In this document: positions 36,272-45,832 of the stretch, piece by piece | How the letters are laid out: each line of letters begins with the position of its first letter | How positions within the stretch are numbered: the first letter of the stretch is position 1 | Assembly (NCBI GenBank): GCA_963665845.2 | Contig: OY762492.1 | Coordinates: forward strand, 2,592,001 to 2,656,000 | Direction: 5' to 3' | From: Candidatus Poribacteria bacterium | GTDB lineage: Bacteria > Poribacteria > WGA-4E > GCA-2687025 | DNA length: 64,000 nucleotides | Program-made: the position numbers and the translations under genes | The notes under the pieces: generated by a model | What the model saw: the letters and a program-made list of their open reading frames with translations, nothing else | Told to the model about the DNA's origin: nothing | Database searches by the model: none

Positions 36272-37255
36272 GTGGCTTTTGTGAGCGGTTTTTCTAAAGA
36301 CAATTCTCAAGCTCATGGCGCGCGCGGCGCCGCCCATCTTTTTGTGGAGCAGTTGCGGCATCCGAAACCGCGCGTCCGAGAAGAGGCGGCGCGTCAGATC
36401 GCCGGCGCGGACTGGAACGGCTCGCAGCCCCCGATCAACGAGCTGATTCGATTGCTCAAAGACCCGGTCGCCCAGGTGCGCGCTTCCGCGGCGGACGCCC
36501 TCGGCGCCATCGGACATACGGACGCCGCCCCGCATCTCATTCAGGCGGTGGAAGACGAGAGCCGACTGGCGCGTTTCCGAGCCGCCTTCGCCTTAGAAAA
36601 TCTGAACCCGCCCGTTAAAAGCGGCGAACGGGTCAACGCCTGGCGCAGCGTCGTCAAGCGCGACCCGCAAAATGTGTATGCGCTCTGCAACCTCAGCATG
36701 GCGTTCCGAGACCAAGGCGACAACGAAGCCGCCATCGAAACGGCATACCATGCCATCGAACTGCATCCCGACCATTTCTACCCGTATCTGCTGACGGGGC
36801 GGCTCTGCGCCGAAGCGAGCGACCGAGACGCCGCCCTCCGATATTACGAATGCGCCGTGTACTGCGATCCTGAACAGCCGATGCCGTATTACGAGCTGGG
36901 CGAAACGCGCCGCCTCGGAGGCGACTATGAACAAGCCGCCGAGTGTTACGAACGCGCCAACGAGCTGACCGGCGGACGCCCCGAATGTTATTTTGGGCTG
37001 GGCTTCTGCTTCAACCGAATGGGCGAATACGGCGCCGCCATTGACGCATACGAGCGGTGCCTTGAGATGCATCCCGACCATTATGTCGCGCTCAACAACC
37101 TTGGGCTGGCGTATCGAAGCGTCGGGGAGCTGGAGCAGGCGGCGCGCCGTTTCAAACAGGCGCTGGAACTGAACCCCGACTACGCCGCCGCGCAGCTGAA
37201 TCTCGGCGACACCTTCGTGCTTTTTGAGTCGAACCAGGATGAGCAGTCGACATGA
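36272..37255 (+). CDS. HEAT-repeat + TPR-repeat protein
   Basis: VREEAARQI and VRASAADALG HEAT motifs followed by TPRs (ALNNLGLAY..A...FKQALELNPDY). Confidence 0.88.
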   Translation: MAFVSGFSKDNSQAHGARGAAHLFVEQLRHPKPRVREEAARQIAGADWNGSQPPINELIRLLKDPVAQVRASAADALGAIGHTDAAPHLIQAVEDESRLARFRAAFALENLNPPVKSGERVNAWRSVVKRDPQNVYALCNLSMAFRDQGDNEAAIETAYHAIELHPDHFYPYLLTGRLCAEASDRDAALRYYECAVYCDPEQPMPYYELGETRRLGGDYEQAAECYERANELTGGRPECYFGLGFCFNRMGEYGAAIDAYERCLEMHPDHYVALNNLGLAYRSVGELEQAARRFKQALELNPDYAAAQLNLGDTFVLFESNQDEQST

Positions 37256-38505
37256 AGCTGTTTCAACGTTGGAAAAAGCAGGGCGAACGCGCCAAGCGGC
37301 TTCGCAAAGCCGAGGATCTGACTTTAGAAGGGAAGCTGGAACCGGCGCGCGCCGAGATGGACGCCGTTCTCCAGCTGTTTCCAGACGACCTGGAGACGCT
37401 GCGCAAGTCGGCAGAGCTGTCCGCCGAGCTGAACGACGCCGACGAAACGGCGCGGCGTCTCCAATTGCTCATCGAAAAAAACGCGCGTGAAGCGGCGCAG
37501 GTCCAAAACGCGCTATACGACGACCTGCGCAGCGCATCGGCGTTTCAGGCGCTGTATCGGTTCGCGGCGGACGCTTTGAACGCAAGCAAAGAGAAAGGCG
37601 CGGCGGCGCTGGCGGCGGAGATCTACGAAGCGGCGGGAATGTTCAACGAGGCGCACTCGGCGTATGAACAGATACACGCCGGCGGAACGGACGGTTCCGC
37701 GCCGGCGGCATACGGCAAAGCGCGCCTCTACGCCGCCGAAAACAACCCGCAGGCGGCCGCCGAATGGCTCCTCAAAGCGTCCGACGCGGAGCAGGCGCAT
37801 GGCGAAGCGCTCTCCATGACAGGCGTTCTGGAAAACTTTGAAGGCGACCCGACCTTCGATGACGCGCGGAACGAGCCGATTCTTCAAGAGGCGCGCGCCC
37901 GCTTGGTTGAAGCGAAAACAGCGGCGCTGGAAACGGCGGCGCAAGAAGACGACGCGGGCGTACATGTGCGTATGAGGCTCATCGCGGCGCTGTTGAGTCA
38001 AGGAGAAGAGGAGCGCGCTTTTCAGGCGGCGGACGCGGCGGCAGAGCGTTTTCCAAACGATCTGGACATACTTGAGCTGCGCGCCGCCGCGCTGCTCCGC
38101 GCCGATAAAACGGAGGAGTCGCTGGAGGCGTACGGCGAAATGCTGCGCCTGCGCCCTGACCATACCGGCGCCTTGATCGGAACGGGCGCCGTATATGAGC
38201 GGCTGGATCGAACCGACGCGGCGCGGGAGGCGTACTGGGACGCGCTGGATTCGGCGCGCGGCGACCCGTTTGCATCGGTTGCGGCGGCGCGCGGTTTCGC
38301 CCGCATACGCGAGGCGCAAGGCGCGGCGGAGGCGCTGCGTCAAGCGGCGGAACATCTTCAGCCCGAAATGCCGGTCGACTATTTTGAACGGGAGATGCGA
38401 AGCGGCGATTTTGACGGCTTGAGCGGCGACGCGCTTTTTGAGGAGGCGGCGGAGGCGTTTCAAGCGCGCCTCGCCCAGATTGCGCCGAGCGGGGACGGGG
38501 AATAA
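37252..38505 (+). CDS. TPR-repeat protein
   Basis: Helical repeats such as EAYGEMLRLRPDHTGALIGTG; ATGA-coupled to the upstream gene. Confidence 0.8.
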   Translation: MKLFQRWKKQGERAKRLRKAEDLTLEGKLEPARAEMDAVLQLFPDDLETLRKSAELSAELNDADETARRLQLLIEKNAREAAQVQNALYDDLRSASAFQALYRFAADALNASKEKGAAALAAEIYEAAGMFNEAHSAYEQIHAGGTDGSAPAAYGKARLYAAENNPQAAAEWLLKASDAEQAHGEALSMTGVLENFEGDPTFDDARNEPILQEARARLVEAKTAALETAAQEDDAGVHVRMRLIAALLSQGEEERAFQAADAAAERFPNDLDILELRAAALLRADKTEESLEAYGEMLRLRPDHTGALIGTGAVYERLDRTDAAREAYWDALDSARGDPFASVAAARGFARIREAQGAAEALRQAAEHLQPEMPVDYFEREMRSGDFDGLSGDALFEEAAEAFQARLAQIAPSGDGE

Positions 38506-38569
38506 TCCTTTCCCTCGACTTTTTGTTGCAAACATTTGCGGGAGCGTGTATATTATAGACGGGGCTGCT

Positions 38570-38684
38570 AGGCGGCTGTCTATTGGGGGAGCCGATTTTA
38601 TCGGCTTGCCCCGTGTTATAGCCAGAAACCGCCAGGCGGCTGTCTATTGGGGGAGCCGATTTATCGGCTTGCCCCGTGTTATAG
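38570..38684. repeat. Two tandem ~52-bp REP-like hairpins (64-bp period)
   Basis: AGGCGGCTGTCTATTGGGGGAGCCGATTT(T)ATCGGCTTGCCCCGTGTTATAG twice. Confidence 0.88.
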
Positions 38685-38742
38685 ACAAGCAACCGCCAGC
38701 GGCCCCCTATTTGACTGATGTTCAGGATTCGGCGCGCAGACG

Positions 38743-39045
38743 ATGAGACTCGATAAATTCCTACAAACAAGCAGGCTGGTGAAACGCCGAGTACTCGCCG
38801 CCAAGCTATGCAGCGCCGGACGCGTACGGCTCAACGGGCAGCCCGCCAAACCCGGCAGAAAGGTCGCTGTCGGAGACCAGATCGCGCTCTCTTTCGGACG
38901 CGGCGAGTCGATTCTGTGCGAGATCGCCCGCATCCCGAACCGAGGCGTCCGAAAAGAGGAAGCGGAAACGCTATGCCGCATCCTCTCCAAAAAAACGAAC
39001 GGCAACGCGAACCAGACGGCTGCAAACAACGCAAGACGCCGATAA
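38743..39045 (+). CDS. S4-domain RNA-binding protein (YabO/RqcP-Hsp15 family)
   Basis: MRLDKFL..SRLVKRR..A..GRVRLNG..AKPG..V.VGD. Confidence 0.9.
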   Translation: MRLDKFLQTSRLVKRRVLAAKLCSAGRVRLNGQPAKPGRKVAVGDQIALSFGRGESILCEIARIPNRGVRKEEAETLCRILSKKTNGNANQTAANNARRR

Positions 39046-39071
39046 ACTAGGAACATGCGCGCGAGACCGAT

Positions 39072-39842
39072 ATGCTAACCGCCAACTACCATATACACAC
39101 CCGCTACTCTCCATGCGCCGACCGCAATATGACCTTCGACGCGGTTCTGGACGCCGCCGAAGAAGCGGGGCTGACGCATATCGGCGTCTCCGACCATTGC
39201 TACGGCTTCGACCTGAACAGCCTGCGCATCAAGAGCCTGCGGGAAGAGCTGGCGCAAGCCGCCGGCGGGCGCTCTATACAGGCATGCCTCGGCGTCGAAG
39301 CGTATCTGTTGAACCGCCGCTACGCCTCCCTGCATGCCAATGTCGCGGGACTCTTTGAGTATGTTTTGATGGCGCCGAACCATTACCATATCCGAGGGGT
39401 CAACCGCCCCATCAGCCTGGAGCCGCGCCTGCTTGCCGACCATGAGCTGTATATGTTTGAATCGGCCGCCAACAATCCGTCGACCGACGTTGTCGCGCAT
39501 CCGTTTCGCCTCTCTCCGCGCGTGTTTCAGATGGAGCCGGACCGACTCGTCCAGCTTTCCAACGACATGATGGAGGCTTTAGACCAGAAGCGGCTCGCCG
39601 AGACGCTGGACCGCATGCGCGAACGGGAGGTGGCGGTTGAGCTGAACGCGGGGGCTTTGGAGACGGCGGGCGGGAGCCTGGACGGGTTCTACCGCCTTTG
39701 CGTGGAGCGCGGGACGATGATCGCCTTTGGAACGGACGCGCATTCGCTGAACGAAATCGCCCCGTCTGCTGAAGCGGCGCGCTTTGTCGAATCGCTGAAT
39801 GCGCCGACCGAGCTGGTCTGGCGCCCCTTCCCGTACCAGTGA
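39072..39842 (+). CDS. PHP-domain phosphoesterase
   Basis: YHIHT, GVSDH, GVE, VVAHP, VELN, FGTDAH. Confidence 0.88.
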   Translation: MLTANYHIHTRYSPCADRNMTFDAVLDAAEEAGLTHIGVSDHCYGFDLNSLRIKSLREELAQAAGGRSIQACLGVEAYLLNRRYASLHANVAGLFEYVLMAPNHYHIRGVNRPISLEPRLLADHELYMFESAANNPSTDVVAHPFRLSPRVFQMEPDRLVQLSNDMMEALDQKRLAETLDRMREREVAVELNAGALETAGGSLDGFYRLCVERGTMIAFGTDAHSLNEIAPSAEAARFVESLNAPTELVWRPFPYQ

Positions 39843-39928
39843 GCTTTGTAACAACGCCGCCTACCGCTTCGTTACGATCCATGCTGCGCATTGCAAATCT
39901 CTCCGGAACATGACTCAGAAAGCGAACA

Positions 39929-42670
39929 ATGAGCGAATCGGAACGTTCTCCCGCCGGGCGCCTTTTTTTGATCGACGGAATGGCGTTGATCTACCGCGGA
40001 TTTCATGCGATGAAAAACAGGGCGCGGCGAGCCTCCACCGGCTTGTACACCTCCGCCCTTTTCGTCTGCGCCAACACGATTCAGCATATTCTTGACAAGG
40101 AAGATCCGACGCATATCGCGGTCGCCATGGACACGCCGGAGCCGACCCACCGGCATCAGATGTACGAGGAGTACAAGGCGCACAGGGAGGATATGCCGGA
40201 GCAGCTGGAGATGGAGCTGCCGTATATCAACCGCCTGTTTGAAAGTTACCGCATACCGATTTTGAAGATGCCGGGCTACGAGGCGGACGATCTGATCGGA
40301 ACGCTTGCCGCGCAGGCGGAAAAAGAGGGGTTAGAGACCTACATGGTCACCCCCGACAAAGATTTTGAGCAGCTGGTCTCCGACCGCGTTTTTGTTTATA
40401 AACCGAGATGGGGCGGCGGCGGATACGATGTGGTGGGCGAAGCGGAGGTGCGCGAGAAATGGGCGGTTGACCAACCCGATCAAGTGCGCGACATGCTCGC
40501 TCTCATGGGCGACTCCAGCGACAACGTCCCCGGCGTCCCCGGCATCGGCATCAAGACGGCGCAGAAACTGATTGGCATCTACGGCTCCGTCGAAGGGCTG
40601 CTGGAGAATGTGGACCAGCTGAAAGGCAAGCAGAAAGAGAATGTCGAGACGAACGCCGATAAAGCGCGGCTCTCCAAAACGCTTGTTACCATTGACCGGG
40701 AGGCGCCTGTCGAGACCAGCATAGAAGCGCTGGCGCGGCAGGAGATGGACGAGGCGCGGCTCAAGCGGCTCTTTGCGGAGGTGGAGTTTCGGACGCTCGG
40801 CAGGCGCATGTTTGGCGACGATTTTGAAGCTGCGGTTGAAGAAGAGGCGCCCCCCTCCAAAACGATCGACGAGGTTGAGCATGCGTATGAACTCGCGGAC
40901 ACGGAAGAAAAACGCGCGGAACTGATCGAACGCATCATGAACGCGGACGCCGTCTGCTTCGACCTGGAAACGACAGGGCTGAACGCCCGCCGCTGCGACA
41001 TCGTCGGCGCCGCCTTTTCGATGGAGCCGAAAACGGGCTTCTATATGCCGTTTCCGCATGAACGCGCTGAATACATGCCCATCTTAGAGCGGCTGCGCCC
41101 GTTTTTTCAAAGCGAACAGATACAGAAGGTCGGGCATAACCTGAAATACGACATGAGCGTCCTGGCATGGCATGGCATGGAGGCGCGCGGTCCCGTCTTT
41201 GACACGATGCTGGCGGCGCATCTGGCGGAGCCGAATATGCGGCGAAGCATGGATAACCTGTCGGAGAAACTTCTGGAGTATAAGCCCGTTTCCATCTCGA
41301 CGCTTATCGGCGAACGCGGCGGAGAGCAGAAATCGATGCGCGAGATTCCTGTTGAGTTGGTGAAAGAGTACGCTGTCGAGGACGCGGACATCGCGCTTCA
41401 GCTGCGCGGAGAGCTGGAGCCGCGCCTAAAAGAGATGCGGCAGGAGCAGGTGTTTTATGAGGTGGAATGCCCGCTGGTCGCCGTTCTGGCGTCGATGGAG
41501 AAGGAGGGGATCCGGCTGGACGCCTCCGTTCTGGAGCGGCTGTCGGAGAAGCTGGGGGATCAGATTCGGGAATCGGAAGCGCGCATCTACGATCTGGCGG
41601 GTGAAAATTTCAACATGAACTCGCCCAAACAGGTCGGCGAGATTCTTTTTGGAAAAATGAAGATCGTCGAAAACGCCAAGCGCACCCGCACGGGTCAATA
41701 TCAGACGAGCGAGCGAATCCTCTCCCGCCTCGCCCCGCAGCATGAAATTGTCCAGCAGATACTGGATTATCGGGAGGCGCTGAAGCTGAAGTCGGTTTAT
41801 GTTGACACGCTGCCGCATACGGTGGACAAGAACACGGGGCGCGTTCACACGCATTATGAGCAGGCGGTCACGGCGACGGGGCGCATGCAGTCGAGCGGGC
41901 CGAACCTTCAAAACATACCTGTTCGGACGCCGCTTGGTCAGGAGATACGGAAAGCGTTTGTGCCGCGCAGCCCCGATTTTGCGCTGTTGTCGGCAGACTA
42001 TTCGCAGATTGAACTGCGGCTTGCGGCGGAGCTGAGCCAGGACGAAGCGATGCTGGCGGCGTTCCGCAACGGCGAGGACATCCATTCCGCCACCGCCGCG
42101 CGCATCTATTCGACCGATCAGGACAGCGTCACGCGCGAGATGCGCGACAGGGCAAAAATGGTCAACTTCGGCATACTGTACGGCATCTCGGCGTTCGGGC
42201 TGTCGCAGCGGTTGAACGCGCCCAAGAGCGAGGCGGGCGAGCTGATCGACAATTATTTTGCGCAATACCCCGGCGTTCGGCGGTATATGGACGAGACGGT
42301 CGAGTTCGCCAAAGAGCATGGGTATGTGGAAACGATCAAGGGGCGGCGCCGGTATCTGCGCGACATCAACTCCGCCAACGCGACGCAGCGCGGCGCCGCG
42401 GAACGCAACGCCATCAACAGCCGAATACAAGGCTCCGCCGCCGACATGATCAAGATCGCCATGAGCAGAATACACCGCGAAATGAGCGAACGCGGGCTTG
42501 AAACGCGCATGCTTCTGCAGGTGCATGACGAACTGGTGTTCGATATGCGCCTCGGCGAGGAGGAGATCGTGAAGCCGCTCATCGAAACGGCGATGGCGGA
42601 AGCGCTCCCGGTGAGCGTTCCGATCGTCGTGGAGATGGGCGTCGGCGACAACTGGCTAGAGGCGCATTGA
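39929..42670 (+). CDS. polA: DNA polymerase I
   Basis: 5'-exo EADD/DKD/GDSSDNVPG, 3'-exo FDLETTG, motif A SADYSQIELR, motif B AKMVNFGILYG, motif C QVHDEL. Confidence 0.98.
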   Translation: MSESERSPAGRLFLIDGMALIYRGFHAMKNRARRASTGLYTSALFVCANTIQHILDKEDPTHIAVAMDTPEPTHRHQMYEEYKAHREDMPEQLEMELPYINRLFESYRIPILKMPGYEADDLIGTLAAQAEKEGLETYMVTPDKDFEQLVSDRVFVYKPRWGGGGYDVVGEAEVREKWAVDQPDQVRDMLALMGDSSDNVPGVPGIGIKTAQKLIGIYGSVEGLLENVDQLKGKQKENVETNADKARLSKTLVTIDREAPVETSIEALARQEMDEARLKRLFAEVEFRTLGRRMFGDDFEAAVEEEAPPSKTIDEVEHAYELADTEEKRAELIERIMNADAVCFDLETTGLNARRCDIVGAAFSMEPKTGFYMPFPHERAEYMPILERLRPFFQSEQIQKVGHNLKYDMSVLAWHGMEARGPVFDTMLAAHLAEPNMRRSMDNLSEKLLEYKPVSISTLIGERGGEQKSMREIPVELVKEYAVEDADIALQLRGELEPRLKEMRQEQVFYEVECPLVAVLASMEKEGIRLDASVLERLSEKLGDQIRESEARIYDLAGENFNMNSPKQVGEILFGKMKIVENAKRTRTGQYQTSERILSRLAPQHEIVQQILDYREALKLKSVYVDTLPHTVDKNTGRVHTHYEQAVTATGRMQSSGPNLQNIPVRTPLGQEIRKAFVPRSPDFALLSADYSQIELRLAAELSQDEAMLAAFRNGEDIHSATAARIYSTDQDSVTREMRDRAKMVNFGILYGISAFGLSQRLNAPKSEAGELIDNYFAQYPGVRRYMDETVEFAKEHGYVETIKGRRRYLRDINSANATQRGAAERNAINSRIQGSAADMIKIAMSRIHREMSERGLETRMLLQVHDELVFDMRLGEEEIVKPLIETAMAEALPVSVPIVVEMGVGDNWLEAH

Positions 42671-42675
42671 CCGCT

Positions 42676-42846
42676 CCGATTCCCCTTGAAAAGCGGCGCG
42701 CCTATGATTCCCCCTTGAAAAGCGGCGCGCCTATGATTCCCCCTTTAAAAAGGAGCGCGTCTCCGATTCCCCCCTTGAAAAGGGGGGCTAGGGGGGTTTT
42801 CAGCGCCGCAAGAAAACTCTGGATTCCCGCTTACGCGGGAATGACG
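42676..42846. repeat. Four ~30-bp GATTCCCC(C)TTGAAAA units plus a dRS3-like module
   Basis: Tandem GATTCCCCCTTGAAAAGCGGCGCGCCTAT-like units followed by ATTCCCGCTTACGCGGGAAT. Confidence 0.85.
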
Positions 42847-43415
42847 CCGCGCGGCCCGGGCGCTAAAAAGGCGGCGAGCCTGTAAAGGTCCGCCAGATCG
42901 TCTCTCCCCGCGCCGCGAAGAACCGCCTCCGCCTCGCAAAGCGGCAGCGCGGCAACCTGCGCAATCTGTTCAGCCCCCGGCGGATTGGTCGGCGGGGAGA
43001 CCAGCCGCCCTTCCGCCAACGCAACCGCCCGATAAAAGATCGGATGCGGCACATGCGCCTGATGCGGACGCGGCATGGTCGACTCGCACCGCCATGCGCC
43101 AAAGAAACGCGGCTGGCGGAGACAGCAGCCCGCCTCTTCCATCAGCTCGCGCCGCGCCGCCGCGGTCAACGACTCGCCAGGCTCTCTCGTTCCGCCCGGC
43201 ATTGTCCACCGCCCGTCCTGAAACTGAACAGCGATCCACTGCCCGTCAATCCGCGCCGCTATGTTGACGCATGCGATCCGCCTGCGCGGAACGCCTTTTA
43301 AACCGAGCTGGAAACGGACGCGCGCGACCCCCCAGTCGGTCTCTGAAAACAGACGGGGGTAGTTTGCCGCGTTCACCCGCTGAAGCGCCTCCTTCGAGAA
43401 GACAGGCAGGCTCAA
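42831..43415 (-). CDS. NUDIX hydrolase
   Basis: Nudix box PGGTREPGES..AAARRELMEEAG; last codons VIPA* lie in the repeat. Confidence 0.85.
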   Translation of the reverse strand: MSLPVFSKEALQRVNAANYPRLFSETDWGVARVRFQLGLKGVPRRRIACVNIAARIDGQWIAVQFQDGRWTMPGGTREPGESLTAAARRELMEEAGCCLRQPRFFGAWRCESTMPRPHQAHVPHPIFYRAVALAEGRLVSPPTNPPGAEQIAQVAALPLCEAEAVLRGAGRDDLADLYRLAAFLAPGPRGVIPA

Positions 43416-43549
43416 CTGATCTTACGTCTTTAGTTGGGACATGGCGGCATGCGAAAGCAGACGGCGTCTTCGACGCCTAAGATTCCCGCACGTTTTACCG
43501 CAGGGGCGGGAATGACGATACGGCGTCCCAACTTTAGGCATGAGGTCTG
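43416..43549. repeat. Family-1 MITE-like element (short, long-loop variant)
   Basis: CTGATCTTACGTCTTTAGTTGGGACA...GTCCCAACTTTAGGCATGAGGTCTG; fills the whole sulfatase-NUDIX gap. Confidence 0.85.
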
Positions 43550-43551
43550 GT

Positions 43552-44967
43552 TCAACTCTCGACAAACTGGGGGCGTCCGATGGCGTCCGTGCCGCCTTTG
43601 CGCGAGTAGATCGGAATGCGCCCGCCGGCGTCTGCCAGGATGCGCTCCTGCGCCAGTTTGATTCGATCCGGCGCCGACTCGGCGATGTTCCGCTCCAGCC
43701 CCGCGTCCGCCTCTAGATCAAACGCGCGCGGGTTTGAAAAGTCGGCGGCGCTGAAATACCAGGTTGTTGCGTCGCGGTGCCAGACAAAGTTGCCGTATCG
43801 ACAGGTGAGATAGTCGCGCGCTTCAAACCCGTTCGTACCCTCCATGAGAGGAAGCAGGCTCTGTCCATGGACTTCCCCGCCGGGCGTCAATCCGGTCGCG
43901 TCGAAGGTGGTCGCCGGCACATCGACCGTATAGACCATCTCATCGACCGTCGTTCCCGCGCCGCGACCTTCCGGGTGGCGCGCGATGAGCGGAATGTCCA
44001 TCGTCCCGCGGTTCATGTAGCTTGCCGGCTTGCCCGTTACCCTGTTGGCGTTGTCGGCAAAGTTGGTCCCATGGTCGCTCAAAAAATAGACCAGCGTTGA
44101 ATCTGTCAGGGCGAGGCGGTCCAGCGCGTCCAGCAGCTTCCCGAACCATGCGTCCACTAAAGAGCAGAGGCCCGCGTAGTTGGCGCGTATGCTCGGCAGC
44201 TGACGCTCCACGACGGAGCCTTCCTTGACGGGTCCGTATGGAACCGTGATGCAGATCGGCTCCCGCTGCTCGCGCGTTCCGTAAAGGTCGTAGTAATGGA
44301 TCGGCGCTTCCCAGGTCTCATGCGGGGTGAAGCTGTCGACGTAAAGATAAAACGGCGTGTTGACCGCGTTCTGCTCAATGAACTGTATCGCGCTTCGGAA
44401 GGTGCGCGCTGTCGGCCAGGTCTCTTCGGGCTGCTCAGGTTGAACATTCACCAGATGCGCTCGGATGCGCCCTTCCCCGCCGTTGTATCGGGAGAGCAGC
44501 GAAGCGTCCGCATGGGCGGGCGCGCCGTATCGGTCTTCCGCCTGCCCGCGCACATACTCCCATTGATGAAAGCCGCGCGTGAAGTTCATCCCCGGCACAA
44601 AGTAGTGGGGAACGTCGCCAAAAAAGCCGGTGTGGTACCCGTTTCGGGCAAGCGTCTCGGCGACGGTCGTTTCGTCGTGCGACATCGGCTGCCAGCCGGG
44701 GAGATAGACGCTGCCCCATGGCATGGTCGTGTAGTCGTTGAACGGAAAGGCGCGGCGTCCGCTGTGGAGCGTGCGCCGGGTCGGTATGGTCGGCAGGCAT
44801 TCGGGGTGGGCGCGCGTGAACAGGACGCCCTGCTGGGCGAATTTGTCCAGGTTGGGCGTTCGCACCCAGTCGTTGCCGTAGGCGCCGATGTAGCCGTTGC
44901 GGAAGGTGTCCGCCACCACAACGACGATGTTCCAACGCCGTTTCGTTTCTTGCTTTTCTGCGCTCAT
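43552..44967 (-). CDS. Sulfatase-family hydrolase
   Basis: NIVVVVADTFR, RTPNLD, PTIPTR at the CxPxR position (Thr), DSFTPHE, LSDHG. Confidence 0.88.
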   Translation of the reverse strand: MSAEKQETKRRWNIVVVVADTFRNGYIGAYGNDWVRTPNLDKFAQQGVLFTRAHPECLPTIPTRRTLHSGRRAFPFNDYTTMPWGSVYLPGWQPMSHDETTVAETLARNGYHTGFFGDVPHYFVPGMNFTRGFHQWEYVRGQAEDRYGAPAHADASLLSRYNGGEGRIRAHLVNVQPEQPEETWPTARTFRSAIQFIEQNAVNTPFYLYVDSFTPHETWEAPIHYYDLYGTREQREPICITVPYGPVKEGSVVERQLPSIRANYAGLCSLVDAWFGKLLDALDRLALTDSTLVYFLSDHGTNFADNANRVTGKPASYMNRGTMDIPLIARHPEGRGAGTTVDEMVYTVDVPATTFDATGLTPGGEVHGQSLLPLMEGTNGFEARDYLTCRYGNFVWHRDATTWYFSAADFSNPRAFDLEADAGLERNIAESAPDRIKLAQERILADAGGRIPIYSRKGGTDAIGRPQFVES

Positions 44968-44978
44968 GTCGGCTCCTT

Positions 44979-45734
44979 TCAACGCTGCCCGTAGTAGGTT
45001 CGCGGTCGGTAGTCGGAGGCTTCTGTTCGGTTCTGGCGCGGTCGGCTGTTTCTGGGGGGCGCTCCGCCTTCCATTTCAAACGCGTACGCCGCATGTCGAA
45101 ACAGGACGACGGAGGGCGATTTTTTGCCGAGGCGCATCTTGATCTCAAAATAGCTGTACCAGTCGATCCAGCCGTCAAACACCTCTCCGCCGCGCATGGT
45201 GACGCGGATGAGCCGTTCTTTTTTTCGGGCAAAGGCGAGATGGCGCGTGTCGATGCGAAAGCGCTGGGAGCGCGCCTTGATCGGCTGCAGACGCTCGCCG
45301 CGCACCCGTTCATTGTACCGTATGCCGCGTTGGACGGCGGTTTCATCCGCCTTTTTATACATGTACTTAATGGGCAGTTTGTTGAGCCGTTCGATGTCGC
45401 CGTTCGCCTTCAGGTCTAGGTCGTAGCAAAGTCGCCGCGCGATGACCGCTTCAACGGGTCCTTCGTATGTTTCAAAGACCATCGGCGTTTGAAGATGAAT
45501 CTGCTTGTCAACATAGAGGCGTCCGAACCCTTCGCGTTTTTTTCGGCGCTCTTTGGCGGAGTAGGGCGCGCGTTTTCCGCGGGCGGGTCGGCGCGCGTTT
45601 GCCGGACGGGTCGGCCGGGAAGAGGATCGGTATGGGGTTTCCGCGCCGTCGGGACGGGAGGGGCGCGACGAGGACGATCGGTCAGGCGTCCATACGCGAG
45701 TTGTGGAGCGGTATCGTTTTGGTCGGTCGTTCAT
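44979..45734 (-). CDS. Hypothetical basic protein with Hfq/Sm-like domain(s)
   Basis: C-terminal domain LAFARKKERLIRVTMRGGEVFDGWIDWYSYFEIKM..VVLFRHAA resembles Hfq Sm1/Sm2 by eye; Arg-rich tails. Confidence 0.6.
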   Translation of the reverse strand: MNDRPKRYRSTTRVWTPDRSSSSRPSRPDGAETPYRSSSRPTRPANARRPARGKRAPYSAKERRKKREGFGRLYVDKQIHLQTPMVFETYEGPVEAVIARRLCYDLDLKANGDIERLNKLPIKYMYKKADETAVQRGIRYNERVRGERLQPIKARSQRFRIDTRHLAFARKKERLIRVTMRGGEVFDGWIDWYSYFEIKMRLGKKSPSVVLFRHAAYAFEMEGGAPPRNSRPRQNRTEASDYRPRTYYGQR

Positions 45735-45832
45735 GGTTTAGGCGGCAGAGGCTGCCTTCCTCCTTTCCGCAAGTCTTGCCTTCAAAGCGCGATCACTATA
45801 CCCCATCCGTTTCCGCTGCGCAACCTCTTAAC

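Noticed and set aside
42676-42800. ~30-bp periodic repeats resembling a mini-CRISPR (also 10985-11097 and 54580-54660)
   Set aside because: The intervening sequence is itself repeated and too short; these are tandem copies of the dispersed module-B hairpin.
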